From assembly GCA_964057225.1 (NCBI GenBank), contig OZ059895.1, forward strand, positions 22,754,001 through 22,818,000: DNA of 64,000 nt, given 5' to 3'. Positions 39,801-54,900 of the stretch are shown here, one piece after another. The DNA is from Auanema rhodensis. Lineage: Eukaryota; Animalia; Nematoda. Both the position numbers and the translations under genes were made by a program. Under the pieces are notes generated by a model, which saw only the letters and a list, made by a program, of their open reading frames with translations, ran no database searches and was not told the DNA's origin. How positions within the stretch are numbered: position 1 is the stretch's first letter; each line of letters begins with the position of its first letter.

Positions 39801-42800
39801 TAAGTTCACACTTAGATCCTCGATTTTCACCCTGAAGAATTAATTTTTTTGTTGAATAACAATGTCCATCGTCTTTGCCTTGAAAAAACAAATCTAAAAA
39901 CATCTACTTTTTGCTAAATTATTTTGAAATTTTTCGAAAAAATTTTTGTCAAAATGTTTTTGGAAGCAATGTTGAGTGTACATGGAAACTCAACATACAC
40001 TAATGCATCATTTTTCAAACGATCATAACTAATTTTTGTATTAAGAGTTTCTCCATGTAGTATAGTGCATTCGATGCGGATTTTTAAGCTGCGTCGATCT
40101 GTGTTATCAGATTTGCGCTAGCTTAAAAATGCACCGAGATATCAACTGATATAAGTTCACACTTAGATCCTCGATTTTCACCCTGAAGCATTAATTTTTT
40201 TGTTGAATAACAATGTCCATCGTCTTTGCCTTGAAAAAACAAATCTAAAAACATCTACTTTTTGCTAAATTATTTTGAAATTTTTCGAAAAAATTTTTGT
40301 CAAAATGTTTTTGGAAGCAATGTTGAGTGTACATGGAAACTCAACATACACTAATGCATCATTTTTCAAACGATCATAACTAATTTTTATATTAAGCGTT
40401 TCTCAATGTAGTATAGTGCATTCGATGCGGATTTTTAAGCTGCGTCGATCTGTGTTATCAGATTTGCGCTAGCTTAAAAATGGACCGAGATATCAACTGA
40501 TATAAGTTCACACTTAGATCCTCGATTTTCACCCTGAAGAATTAATTTTTTTGTTGAATAACAATGTCCATCGTCTTTGCCTTGAAAAAACAAATCTAAA
40601 AACATCTACTTTTTGCTAAATTATTTTGAAATTTTTCGAAAAAATTTTTGTCAAAATGTTTTTGGAAGCAATGTTGAGTGTACATGGAAACTCAACATAC
40701 ACTAATGCATCATTTTTCAAACGATCATAACTAATTTTTGTATTAAGCGTTTCTCAATGTAGTATAGTGCATTCGATGCGGATTTTTAAGCTGCGTCGAT
40801 CTGTTTTATCAGATTTGCGCTAGCTTAAAAATGCACCGAGATATCAACTGATATAAGTTCCCACTTATATCCTCGATTTTCACCCTGAAGAATTAATTTT
40901 TTCGTTGAATAACAATGTCCATCGTCTTTGCCTTGAAAAAAGGAATCTAAAAACATCTACTTTTTGCTAAATTATTTTGAAATTTTTCGAAAAAATTTTT
41001 GTCAAAATGTTTTTGGAAGCAATGTTGAGTGTACATGGAAACTCAACATACACTAATGCATCATTTTTCAAACGATCATAACTAATTTTTGTATTAAGCG
41101 TTTCTCAATGTAGCATAGTGCATTCGATGCGGATTTTTAAGCTGCATCGATCTGTGTTATCAGATTTGCGCTAGCTTAAAAATGCACCGAGATATCAACT
41201 GATATAAGTTCACACTTATATCCTCGATTTTCACCCTGAAGAATTAATTTTTTCGTTGAATAACAATGTCCATCGTCTTTGCCTTGAAAAAAGAAATCTA
41301 AAAACATCTACTTTTTGCTAAATTATTTTGAAATTTTTCGAAAAAATTTTTGTCAAAATGTTTTTGGAAGCAATGTTGAGTGTACATGGAAACTCAACAT
41401 ACACTAATGCATCATTTTTCAAACGATCATAACTAATTTTTATATTAAGCGTTTCTCAATGTAGTATAGTGCATTCGATGCGGATTTTTAAGCTGCGTCG
41501 ATCTGTGTTATCAGATTTGCGCTAGCTTAAAAATGCACCGAGATATCAACTGATATATGTTCACACTTATATCCTCGATTTTCACCCTGAAGAATCAATT
41601 TTTTCGTTGAATAACAATGTCCATCGTCTTTGCCTTAAAAAAAGGAATCTAAAAACATCTACTTTTTGCTAAATTATTTTGAAATTTTTCGAAAAAATTT
41701 TTGTCAAAATGTTTTTGGAAGCAATGTTGAGTGTACATGGAAACTCAACATACACTAATGCATCATTTTTCAAACGATCATAACTAATTTTTGTATTGAG
41801 CGTTTCTCAATGTAGTATAAGGCATTCGATGCGGATTTTTAAGCTGCGTCGATCTGTGTTATCAGATTTGCGCTAGCTTAAAAATGCACCGAGATATCAA
41901 CTGATATAAGTTCACACTTAGATCCTCGATTTTCACCCTGAAGAATTAATTTTTTCGTTGAATAACAATGTCCATCGTCTTTGCCTTGAAAAAACAAATC
42001 TAAAAACATCTACTTTTTGCTAAATTATTTCGAAATTTTTCGAAAAAATTTTTGTCAAAATGTTTTTGGAAGCAATGTTGAGTGTACATGGAAACTCAAC
42101 ATACACTAATGCATCATTTTTCAAACGATCATAACTAATTTTTGTATTAAGCGTTTCTCAATGTAGTATAGTGCATTCGATGCGGATTTTTAAGCTGCGT
42201 CGATCTGTTTTATCAGATTTGCGCTAGCTTAAAAATGCACCGAGATATCAACTGATATAAGTTCACACTTATATCCTCGATTTTCACCCTGAAGAATTAA
42301 TTTTTTCGTTGAATAACAATGTCCATCGTCTTTGCCTTGAAAAAAGGAATCTAAAAACATCTACTTTTTGCTAAATTATTTTGAAATTTTTCGAAAAAAT
42401 TTTTGTCAAAATGTTTTTGGAAGCAATGTTGAGTGTACATGGAAACTCAACATACACTAATGCATCATTTTTCAAACGATCATAACTAATTTTTGTATTA
42501 AGCGTTTCTCCATGTAGTATAGTGCATTCGATGCGGATTTTTAAGCTGCGTCGATCTGTGTTATCAGATTTGCGCTAGCTTAAAAATGCACCGAGATATC
42601 AACTGATATAAGTTCACACTTAGATCCTCGAATTTCACCCTGAAGAATTAATTTTTTTGTTGAATAACAATGTCCATCGTCTTTGCCTTGAAAAAACAAA
42701 TCTAAAAACATCTACTTTTTGCTAAATTATTTTGAAATTTTTCGAAAAAATTTTTGTCAAAATGTTTTTGGAAGCAATGTTGAGTGTACATGGAAACTCA

Positions 42801-45800
42801 ACATACACTAATGCATCATTTTTCAAACGATCATAACTAATTTTTGTATTAAGAGTTTCTCCATGTAGTATAGTGCATTCGATGCGGATTTTTAAGCTGC
42901 GTCGATCTGTGTTATCAGATTTGCGCTAGCTTAAAAATGCACCGAGATATCAACTGATATAAGTTCACACTTAGATCCTCGATTTTCACCCTGAAGCATT
43001 AATTTTTTTGTTGAATAACAATGTCCATCGTCTTTGCCTTGAAAAAACAAATCTAAAAACATCTACTTTTTGCTAAATTATTTTGAAATTTTTCGAAAAA
43101 ATTTTTGTCAAAATGTTTTTGGAAGCAATGTTGAGTGTACATGGAAACTCAACATACACTAATGCATCATTTTTCAAACGATCATAACTAATTTTTATAT
43201 TAAGCGTTTCTCAATGTAGTATAGTGCATTCGATGCGGATTTTTAAGCTGCGTCGATCTGTGTTATCAGATTTGCGCTAGCTTAAAAATGGACCGAGATA
43301 TCAACTGATATAAGTTCACACTTAGATCCTCGATTTTCACCCTGAAGAATTAATTTTTTTGTTGAATAACAATGTCCATCGTCTTTGCCTTGAAAAAACA
43401 AATCTAAAAACATCTACTTTTTGCTAAATTATTTTGAAATTTTTCGAAAAAATTTTTGTCAAAATGTTTTTGGAAGCAATGTTGAGTGTACATGGAAACT
43501 CAACATACACTAATGCATCATTTTTCAAACGATCATAACTAATTTTTGTATTAAGCGTTTCTCAATGTAGTATAGTGCATTCGATGCGGATTTTTAAGCT
43601 GCGTCGATCTGTTTTATCAGATTTGCGCTAGCTTAAAAATGCACCGAGATATCAACTGATATAAGTTCCCACTTATATCCTCGATTTTCACCCTGAAGAA
43701 TTAATTTTTTCGTTGAATAACAATGTCCATCGTCTTTGCCTTGAAAAAAGGAATCTAAAAACATCTACTTTTTGCTAAATTATTTTGAAATTTTTCGAAA
43801 AAATTTTTGTCAAAATGTTTTTGGAAGCAATGTTGAGTGTACATGGAAACTCAACATACACTAATGCATCATTTTTCAAACGATCATAACTAATTTTTGT
43901 ATTAAGCGTTTCTCAATGTAGCATAGTGCATTCGATGCGGATTTTTAAGCTGCATCGATCTGTGTTATCAGATTTGCGCTAGCTTAAAAATGCACCGAGA
44001 TATCAACTGATATAAGTTCACACTTATATCCTCGATTTTCACCCTGAAGAATTAATTTTTTCGTTGAATAACAATGTCCATCGTCTTTGCCTTGAAAAAA
44101 GAAATCTAAAAACATCTACTTTTTGCTAAATTATTTTGAAATTTTTCGAAAAAATTTTTGTCAAAATGTTTTTGGAAGCAATGTTGAGTGTACATGGAAA
44201 CTCAACATACACTAATGCATCATTTTTCAAACGATCATAACTAATTTTTATATTAAGCGTTTCTCAATGTAGTATAGTGCATTCGATGCGGATTTTTAAG
44301 CTGCGTCGATCTGTGTTATCAGATTTGCGCTAGCTTAAAAATGCACCGAGATATCAACTGATATATGTTCACACTTATATCCTCGATTTTCACCCTGAAG
44401 AATCAATTTTTTCGTTGAATAACAATGTCCATCGTCTTTGCCTTAAAAAAAGGAATCTAAAAACATCTACTTTTTGCTAAATTATTTTGAAATTTTTCGA
44501 AAAAATTTTTGTCAAAATGTTTTTGGAAGCAATGTTGAGTGTACATGGAAACTCAACATACACTAATGCATCATTTTTCAAACGATCATAACTAATTTTT
44601 GTATTGAGCGTTTCTCAATGTAGTATAAGGCATTCGATGCGGATTTTTAAGCTGCGTCGATCTGTGTTATCAGATTTGCGCTAGCTTAAAAATGCACCGA
44701 GATATCAACTGATATAAGTTCACACTTAGATCCTCGATTTTCACCCTGAAGAATTAATTTTTTCGTTGAATAACAATGTCCATCGTCTTTGCCTTGAAAA
44801 AACAAATCTAAAAACATCTACTTTTTGCTAAATTATTTCGAAATTTTTCGAAAAAATTTTTGTCAAAATGTTTTTGGAAGCAATGTTGAGTGTACATGGA
44901 AACTCAACATACACTAATGCATCATTTTTCAAACGATCATAACTAATTTTTGTATTAAGCGTTTCTCAATGTAGTATAGTGCATTCGATGCGGATTTTTA
45001 AGCTGCGTCGATCTGTTTTATCAGATTTGCGCTAGCTTAAAAATGCACCGAGATATCAACTGATATAAGTTCACACTTATATCCTCGATTTTCACCCTGA
45101 AGAATTAATTTTTTCGTTGAATAACAATGTCCATCGTCTTTGCCTTGAAAAAAGGAATCTAAAAACATCTACTTTTTGCTAAATTATTTTGAAATTTTTC
45201 GAAAAAATTTTTGTCAAAATGTTTTTGGAAGCAATGTTGAGTGTACATGGAAACTCAACATACACTAATGCATCATTTTTCAAACGATCATAACTAATTT
45301 TTGTATTAAGCGTTTCTCCATGTAGTATAGTGCATTCGATGCGGATTTTTAAGCTGCGTCGATCTGTGTTATCAGATTTGCGCTAGCTTAAAAATGCACC
45401 GAGATATCAACTGATATAAGTTCACACTTAGATCCTCGAATTTCACCCTGAAGAATTAATTTTTTTGTTGAATAACAATGTCCATCGTCTTTGCCTTGAA
45501 AAAACAAATCTAAAAACATCTACTTTTTGCTAAATTATTTTGAAATTTTTCGAAAAAATTTTTGTCAAAATGTTTTTGGAAGCAATGTTGAGTGTACATG
45601 GAAACTCAACATACACTAATGCATCATTTTTCAAACGATCATAACTAATTTTTGTATTAAGAGTTTCTCCATGTAGTATAGTGCATTCGATGCGGATTTT
45701 TAAGCTGCGTCGATCTGTGTTATCAGATTTGCGCTAGCTTAAAAATGCACCGAGATATCAACTGATATAAGTTCACACTTAGATCCTCGATTTTCACCCT

Positions 45801-48454
45801 GAAGCATTAATTTTTTTGTTGAATAACAATGTCCATCGTCTTTGCCTTGAAAAAACAAATCTAAAAACATCTACTTTTTGCTAAATTATTTTGAAATTTT
45901 TCGAAAAAATTTTTGTCAAAATGTTTTTGGAAGCAATGTTGAGTGTACATGGAAACTCAACATACACTAATGCATCATTTTTCAAACGATCATAACTAAT
46001 TTTTATATTAAGCGTTTCTCAATGTAGTATAGTGCATTCGATGCGGATTTTTAAGCTGCGTCGATCTGTGTTATCAGATTTGCGCTAGCTTAAAAATGGA
46101 CCGAGATATCAACTGATATAAGTTCACACTTAGATCCTCGATTTTCACCCTGAAGAATTAATTTTTTTGTTGAATAACAATGTCCATCGTCTTTGCCTTG
46201 AAAAAACAAATCTAAAAACATCTACTTTTTGCTAAATTATTTTGAAATTTTTCGAAAAAATTTTTGTCAAAATGTTTTTGGAAGCAATGTTGAGTGTACA
46301 TGGAAACTCAACATACACTAATGCATCATTTTTCAAACGATCATAACTAATTTTTGTATTAAGCGTTTCTCAATGTAGTATAGTGCATTCGATGCGGATT
46401 TTTAAGCTGCGTCGATCTGTTTTATCAGATTTGCGCTAGCTTAAAAATGCACCGAGATATCAACTGATATAAGTTCCCACTTATATCCTCGATTTTCACC
46501 CTGAAGAATTACTTTTTTCGTTGAATAACAATGTCCATCGTCTTTGCCTTGAAAAAAGGAATCTAAAAACATCTACTTTTTGCTAAATTATTTTGAAATT
46601 TTTCGAAAAAATTTTTGTCAAAATGTTTTTGGAAGCAATGTTGAGTGTACATGGAAACTCAACATACACTAATGCATCATTTTTCAAACGATCATAACTA
46701 ATTTTTGTATTAAGCGTTTCTCAATGTAGCATAGTGCATTCGATGCGGATTTTTAAGCTGCATCGATCTGTGTTATCAGATTTGCGCTAGCTTAAAAATG
46801 CACCGAGATATCAACTGATATAAGTTCACACTTATATCCTCGATTTTCACCCTGAAGAATTAATTTTTTCGTTGAATAACAATGTCCATCGTCTTTGCCT
46901 TGAAAAAAGAAATCTAAAAACATCTACTTTTTGCTAAATTATTTTGAAATTTTTCGAAAAAATTTTTGTCAAAATGTTTTTGGAAGCAATGTTGAGTGTA
47001 CATGGAAACTCAACATACACTAATGCATCATTTTTCAAACGATCATAACTAATTTTTATATTAAGCGTTTCTCAATGTAGTATAGTGCATTCGATGCGGA
47101 TTTTTAAGCTGCGTCGATCTGTGTTATCAGATTTGCGCTAGCTTAAAAATGCACCGAGATATCAACTGATATAAGTTCACACTTAGATCCTCGATTTTCA
47201 CCCTGAAGAATTAATTTTTTTGTTGAATAACAATGTCCATCGTCTTTGCCTTGAAAAAACAAATCTAAAAACATCTACTTTTTGCTAAATTATTTTGAAA
47301 TTTTTCGAAAAAATTTTTGTCAAAATGTTTTTGGAAGCAATGTTGAGTGTACATGGAAACTCAACATACACTAATGCATCATTTTTCAAACGATCATAAC
47401 TAATTTTTGTATTAAGAGTTTCTCCATGTAGTATAGTGCATTCGATGCGGATTTTTAAGCTGCGTCGATCTGTGTTATCAGATTTGCGCTAGCTTAAAAA
47501 TGCACCGAGATATCAACTGATATAAGTTCACACTTAGATCCTCGATTTTCACCCTGAAGCATTAATTTTTTTGTTGAATAACAATGTCCATCGTCTTTGC
47601 CTTGAAAAAACAAATCTAAAAACATCTACTTTTTGCTAAATTATTTTGAAATTTTTCGAAAAAATTTTTGTCAAAATGTTTTTGGAAGCAATGTTGAGTG
47701 TACATGGAAACTCAACATACACTAATGCATCATTTTTCAAACGATCATAACTAATTTTTATATTAAGCGTTTCTCAATGTAGTATAGTGCATTCGATGCG
47801 GATTTTTAAGCTGCGTCCATCTGTGTTATCAGATTTGCGCTAGCTTAAAAATGGACCGAGATATCAACTGATATAAGTTCACACTTAGATCCTCGATTTT
47901 CACCCTGAAGAATTAATTTTTTTGTTGAATAACAATGTCCATCGTCTTTGCCTTGAAAAAACAAATCTAAAAACATCTACTTTTTGCTAAATTATTTTGA
48001 AATTTTTCGAAAAAATTTTTGTCAAAATGTTTTTGGAAGCAATGTTGAGTGTACATGGAAACTCAACATACACTAATGCATCATTTTTCAAACGATCATA
48101 ACTAATTTTTGTATTAAGCGTTTCTCAATGTAGTATAGTGCATTCGATGCGGATTTTTAAGCTGCGTCGATCTGTTTTATCAGATTTGCGCTAGCTTAAA
48201 AATGCACCGAGATATCAACTGATATAAGTTCCCACTTATATCCTCGATTTTCACCCTGAAGAATTAATTTTTTCGTTGAATAACAATGTCCATCGTCTTT
48301 GCCTTGAAAAAAGGAATCTAAAAACATCTACTTTTTGCTAAATTATTTTGAAATTTTTCGAAAAAATTTTTGTCAAAATGTTTTTGGAAGCAATGTTGAG
48401 TGTACATGGAAACTCAACATACACTAATGCATCATTTTTCAAACGATCATAACT
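36872..48454. repeat. Higher-order repeat B: 8-mer (36872-39679, 41435-44242, 44243-47050) with partial 4-5-mer copies (39680-41434, 47051-48454)
   Basis: Barcode repeated in the same order: CTTAAAA, ATTGAG+ATTTCGA, CTGTTTT, CGAATTT, AAGAGTT+GAAGCATT, AATGGACC, TTCCCAC, TAGCAT+GCATCG. Confidence 0.88.
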
Positions 48455-51400
48455 AATTTTTGTATTAAGAGTTTCTCCATGTAGTATAGTGCATTCGATG
48501 CGGATTTTTAAGCTGCGTCGATCTGTGTTATCAGATTTGCGCTAGCTTAAAAATGCACCGAGATATCAACTGATATAAGTTCACACTTAGATCCTCGATT
48601 TTCACCCTGAAGCATTAATTTTTTTGTTGAATAACAATGTCCATCGTCTTTGCCTTGAAAAAACAAATCTAAAAACATCTACTTTTTGCTAAATTATTTT
48701 GAAATTTTTCGAAAAAATTTTTGTCAAAATGTTTTTGGAAGCAATGTTGAGTGTACATGGAAACTCAACATACACTAATGCATCATTTTTCAAACGATCA
48801 TAACTAATTTTTATATTAAGCGTTTCTCAATGTAGTATAGTGCATTCGATGCGGATTTTTAAGCTGCGTCCATCTGTGTTATCAGATTTGCGCTAGCTTA
48901 AAAATGGACCGAGATATCAACTGATATAAGTTCACACTTAGATCCTCGATTTTCACCCTGAAGAATTAATTTTTTTGTTGAATAACAATGTCCATCGTCT
49001 TTGCCTTGAAAAAACAAATCTAAAAACATCTACTTTTTGCTAAATTATTTTGAAATTTTTCGAAAAAATTTTTGTCAAAATGTTTTTGGAAGCAATGTTG
49101 AGTGTACATGGAAACTCAACATACACTAATGCATCATTTTTCAAACGATCATAACTAATTTTTGTATTAAGCGTTTCTCAATGTAGTATAGTGCATTCGA
49201 TGCGGATTTTTAAGCTGCGTCGATCTGTTTTATCAGATTTGCGCTAGCTTAAAAATGCACCGAGATATCAACTGATATAAGTTCCCACTTATATCCTCGA
49301 TTTTCACCCTGAAGAATTAATTTTTTCGTTGAATAACAATGTCCATCGTCTTTGCCTTGAAAAAAGGAATCTAAAAACATCTACTTTTTGCTAAATTATT
49401 TTGAAATTTTTCGAAAAAATTTTTGTCAAAATGTTTTTGGAAGCAATGTTGAGTGTACATGGAAACTCAACATACACTAATGCATCATTTTTCAAACGAT
49501 CATAACTAATTTTTGTATTAAGCGTTTCTCAATGTAGCATAGTGCATTCGATGCGGATTTTTAAGCTGCATCGATCTGTGTTATCAGATTTGCGCTAGCT
49601 TAAAAATGCACCGAGATATCAACTGATATAAGTTCACACTTATATCCTCGATTTTCACCCTGAAGAATTAATTTTTTCGTTGAATAACAATGTCCATCGT
49701 CTTTGCCTTGAAAAAAGAAATCTAAAAACATCTACTTTTTGCTAAATTATTTTGAAATTTTTCGAAAAAATTTTTGTCAAAATGTTTTTGGAAGCAATGT
49801 TGAGTGTACATGGAAACTCAACATACACTAATGCATCATTTTTCAAACGATCATAACTAATTTTTATATTAAGCGTTTCTCAATGTAGTATAGTGCATTC
49901 GATGCGGATTTTTAAGCTGCGTCGATCTGTGTTATCAGATTTGCGCTAGCTTAAAAATGCACCGAGATATCAACTGATATAAGTTCACACTTAGATCCTC
50001 GATTTTCACCCTGAAGAATTAATTTTTTTGTTGAATAACAATGTCCATCGTCTTTGCCTTGAAAAAACAAATCTAAAAACATCTACTTTTTGCTAAATTA
50101 TTTTGAAATTTTTCGAAAAAATTTTTGTCAAAATGTTTTTGGAAGCAATGTTGAGTGTACATGGAAACTCAACATACACTAATGCATCATTTTTCAAACG
50201 ATCATAACTAATTTTTGTATTAAGCGTTTCTCAATGTAGTATAGTGCATTCGATGCGGATTTTTAAGCTGCGTCGATCTGTTTTATCAGATTTGCGCTAG
50301 CTTAAAAATGCACCGAGATATCAACTGATATAAGTTCCCACTTATATCCTCGATTTTCACCCTGAAGAATTAATTTTTTCGTTGAATAACAATGTCCATC
50401 GTCTTTGCCTTGAAAAAAGGAATCTAAAAACATCTACTTTTTGCTAAATTATTTTGAAATTTTTCGAAAAAATTTTTGTCAAAATGTTTTTGGAAGCAAT
50501 GTTGAGTGTACATGGAAACTCAACATACACTAATGCATCATTTTTCAAACGATCATAACTAATTTTTGTATTAAGCGTTTCTCAATGTAGCATAGTGCAT
50601 TCGATGCGGATTTTTAAGCTGCATCGATCTGTGTTATCAGATTTGCGCTAGCTTAAAAATGCACCTAGATATCAACTGATATAAGTTCACACTTATATCC
50701 TCGATTTTCACCCTGAAGAATTAATTTTTTCGTTGAATAACAATGTCCATCGTCTTTGCCTTGAAAAAAGAAATCTAAAAACATCTACTTTTTGCTAAAT
50801 TATTTTGAAATTTTTCGAAAAAATTTTTGTCAAAATGTTTTTGGAAGCAATGTTGAGTGTACATGGAAACTCAACATACACTAATGCATCATTTTTCAAA
50901 CGATCATAACTAATTTTTATATTAAGCGTTTCTCAATGTAGTATAGTGCATTCGATGCGGATTTTTAAGCTGCGTCGATCTGTGTTATCAGATTTGCGCT
51001 AGCTTAAAAATGCACCGAGATATCAACTGATATAAGTTCACACTTAGATCCTCGATTTTCACCCTGAAGAATTAATTTTTTTGTTGAATAACAATGTCCA
51101 TCGTCTTTGCCTTGAAAAAACAAATCTAAAAACATCTACTTTTTGCTAAATTATTTTGAAATTTTTCGAAAAAATTTTTGTCAAAATGTTTTTGGAAGCA
51201 ATGTTGAGTGTACATGGAAACTCAACATACACTAATGCATCATTTTTCAAACGATCATAACTAATTTTTGTATTAAGCGTTTCTCAATGTAGTATAGTGC
51301 ATTCGATGCGGATTTTTAAGCTGCGTCGATCTGTTTTATCAGATTTGCGCTAGCTTAAAAATGCACCGAGATATCAACTGATATAAGTTCCCACTTATAT

Positions 51401-51964
51401 CCTCGATTTTCACCCTGAAGAATTAATTTTTTCGTTGAATAACAATGTCCATCGTCTTTGCCTTGAAAAAAGGAATCTAAAAACATCTACTTTTTGCTAA
51501 ATTATTTTGAAATTTTTCGAAAAAATTTTTGTCAAAATGTTTTTGGAAGCAATGTTGAGTGTACATGGAAACTCAACATACACTAATGCATCATTTTTCA
51601 AACGATCATAACTAATTTTTGTATTAAGCGTTTCTCAATGTAGCATAGTGCATTCGATGCGGATTTTTAAGCTGCATCGATCTGTGTTATCAGATTTGCG
51701 CTAGCTTAAAAATGCACCTAGATATCAACTGATATAAGTTCACACTTATATCCTCGATTTTCACCTTGAAGAATTAATTTTTTCGTTGAATAACAATGTC
51801 CATCGTCTTTGCCTTGAAAAAAGAAATCTAAAAACATCTACTTTTTGCTAAATTATTTTGAAATTTTTCGAAAAAATTTTTGTCAAAATGTTTTTGGAAG
51901 CAATGTTGAGTGTACATGGAAACTCAACATACACTAATGCATCATTTTTCAAACGATCATAACT
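47402..51964. repeat. Zone of 3-monomer periodicity (two different trimers)
   Basis: AAGAGTT / GTCCAT+GGACC / TTCCCAC occurs at 47402 and 48455. Then TTCCCAC / TAGCAT / TTTATA occurs at 49157, 50210 and 51263. Confidence 0.8.
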
Positions 51965-54900
51965 AATTTTTATATTAAGCGTTTCTCAATGTAGTATAGT
52001 GCATTCGATGCGGATTTTTAAGCTGCGTCGATCTGTGTTATCAGATTTGCGCTAGCTTAAAAATGCACCGAGATATCAACTGATATAAGTTCACACTTAT
52101 ATCCTCGATTTTCACCCTGAAGAATTAATTTTTTCGTTGAATAACAATGTCCATCGTCTTTGCCTTGAAAAAAGAAATCTAAAAACATCTACTTTTTGCT
52201 AAATTATTTTGAAATTTTTCGAAAAAATTTTTGTCAAAATGTTTTTAGAAGCAATGTTGAGTGTACATAGAAACTCAACATACACTAATGCATCATTTTT
52301 TAAACGATCATAACTAATTTTTGTATTAAGCGTTTCTCAATGTAGTATAGTGCATTCGATGCGGATTTTTAAGCTGCAATGATCTGTGTTATCAGATTTG
52401 CGCTAGCTTAAAAATGCACCGAGATATCAACTGATATAAGTTCACACTTATATCCTCGATTTTCACCCTGAAGAATTAATTTTTTCGTTGAATAACAATG
52501 TCCATCGTCTTTGCCTTGAATAAAGAAATCTAAAAACATCTACTTTTTGCTAAATTATTTTGAAATTTTTCGAAAAAATTTTTGTCAAAATGTTTTTGGA
52601 AGCAATGTTGAGTGTACATGGAAACTCAACATACACTAATGCATCATTTTTCAAACAATCATAACTAATTTTTGTATTAAGCGTTTCTCAATGTAGTATA
52701 GTGCATTCGATGCAGATTTTTAAGCTGCGTCGATCTGTGTTATCAGATTTGCGCTAGCTTAAAAATGCACCGAGATATCAACTGATATATGTTCACACTT
52801 ATATCCTCGATTTTCACCCTGAAGAATTAATTTTTTCGTTGAATAACAATGTCCATCGTCTTTGCCTTGAAAAAAGGAATCTAAAAACATCTACTTTTTG
52901 CTAAATTATTTTGAAATTTTTCGAAAAAATTTTTGTCAAAATGTTTTTGGAAGCAATGTTGAGTGTACATGGAAACTCAACATACACTAATGCATCATTT
53001 TTCAAACGATCATAACTAATTTTTGTATTAAGCAATTCTCAATGTAGTATAGTGCATTCGATGCGGATTTTTAAGCTGCGTCGATCTGTGTTATCAGATT
53101 TGCGCTAGCTTAAAAATGCACCGAGATATCAACTGATATATGTTCACACTTATATCCTCGATTTTCACCCTGAAGAATTAATTTTTTCGTTGAATAACAA
53201 TGTTCATCGTCTTTGCCTTGAAAAAAGGAATCTAAAAACATCTACTTTTTGCTAAATTATTTTGAAATTTTTCGAAAAAATTTTTGTCAAAATGTTTTTG
53301 GAAGCAATGTTGAGTGTACATGGAAACTCAACATACACTAATGCATCATTTTTCAAACGATCATAACTAATTTTTGTATTAAGCGTTTCTCAATGTAGTA
53401 TAGTGCATTCGATGCGGATTTTTAAGCTGCGTCGATCTGTGTTATCAGATTTGCGCTAGCTTAAAAATGCACCGAGATATCAACTGATATAAGTTCACAC
53501 TTAGATCCTCGATTTTCACCCTGAAGAATTAATTTTTTTGTTGAATAACAATGTCCATCGTCTTTGCCTTGAAAAAACAAATCTAAAAACATCTACTTTT
53601 TGCTAAATTATTTTGAAATTTTTCGAAAAAATTTTTGTCAAAATGTTTTTGGAAGCAATGTTGAGTGTACATGGAAACTCAACATACACTAATGCATCAT
53701 TTTTCAAACGATCATAACTAATTTTTGTATTAAGCGTTTCTCAATGTAGTATAGTGCATTCGATGCGGATTTTTAAGCTGCGTCGATCTGTTTTATCAGA
53801 TTTGCGCTAGCTTAAAAATGCACCTAGATATCAACTGATATAAGTTCACACTTATATCCTCGATTTTCACCTTGAAGAATTAATTTTTTCGTTGAATAAC
53901 AATGTCCATCGTCTTTGCCTTGAAAAAAGAAATCTAAAAACATCTACTTTTTGCTAAATTATTTTGAAATTTTTCGAAAAAATTTTTGTCAAAATGTTTT
54001 TGGAAGCAATGTTGAGTGTACATGGAAACTCAACATACACTAATGCATCATTTTTCAAACGATCATAACTAATTTTTATATTAAGCGTTTCTCAATGTAG
54101 TATAGTGCATTCGATGCGGATTTTTAAGCTGCGTCGATCTGTGTTATCAGATTTGCGCTAGCTTAAAAATGCACCGAGATATCAACTGATATAAGTTCAC
54201 ACTTATATCCTCGATTTTCACCCTGAAGAATTAATTTTTTCGTTGAATAACAATGTCCATCGTCTTTGCCTTGAAAAAAGAAATCTAAAAACATCTACTT
54301 TTTGCTAAATTATTTTGAAATTTTTCGAAAAAATTTTTGTCAAAATGTTTTTAGAAGCAATGTTGAGTGTACATAGAAACTCAACATACACTAATGCATC
54401 ATTTTTTAAACGATCATAACTAATTTTTGTATTAAGCGTTTCTCAATGTAGTATAGTGCATTCGATGCGGATTTTTAAGCTGCAATGATCTGTGTTATCA
54501 GATTTGCGCTAGCTTAAAAATGCACCGAGATATCAACTGATATAAGTTCACACTTATATCCTCGATTTTCACCCTGAAGAATTAATTTTTTCGTTGAATA
54601 ACAATGTCCATCGTCTTTGCCTTGAATAAAGAAATCTAAAAACATCTACTTTTTGCTAAATTATTTTGAAATTTTTCGAAAAAATTTTTGTCAAAATGTT
54701 TTTGGAAGCAATGTTGAGTGTACATGGAAACTCAACATACACTAATGCATCATTTTTCAAACAATCATAACTAATTTTTGTATTAAGCGTTTCTCAATGT
54801 AGTATAGTGCATTCGATGCAGATTTTTAAGCTGCGTCGATCTGTGTTATCAGATTTGCGCTAGCTTAAAAATGCACCGAGATATCAACTGATATATGTTC

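Noticed and set aside
5272-48454. HOR copies as pure assembly artefacts
   Set aside because: Copies differ in monomer number and carry private variants (e.g. 14657, 28321, 30104, 39397-39398, 46512), which favours real duplications. Read-level validation is still required.
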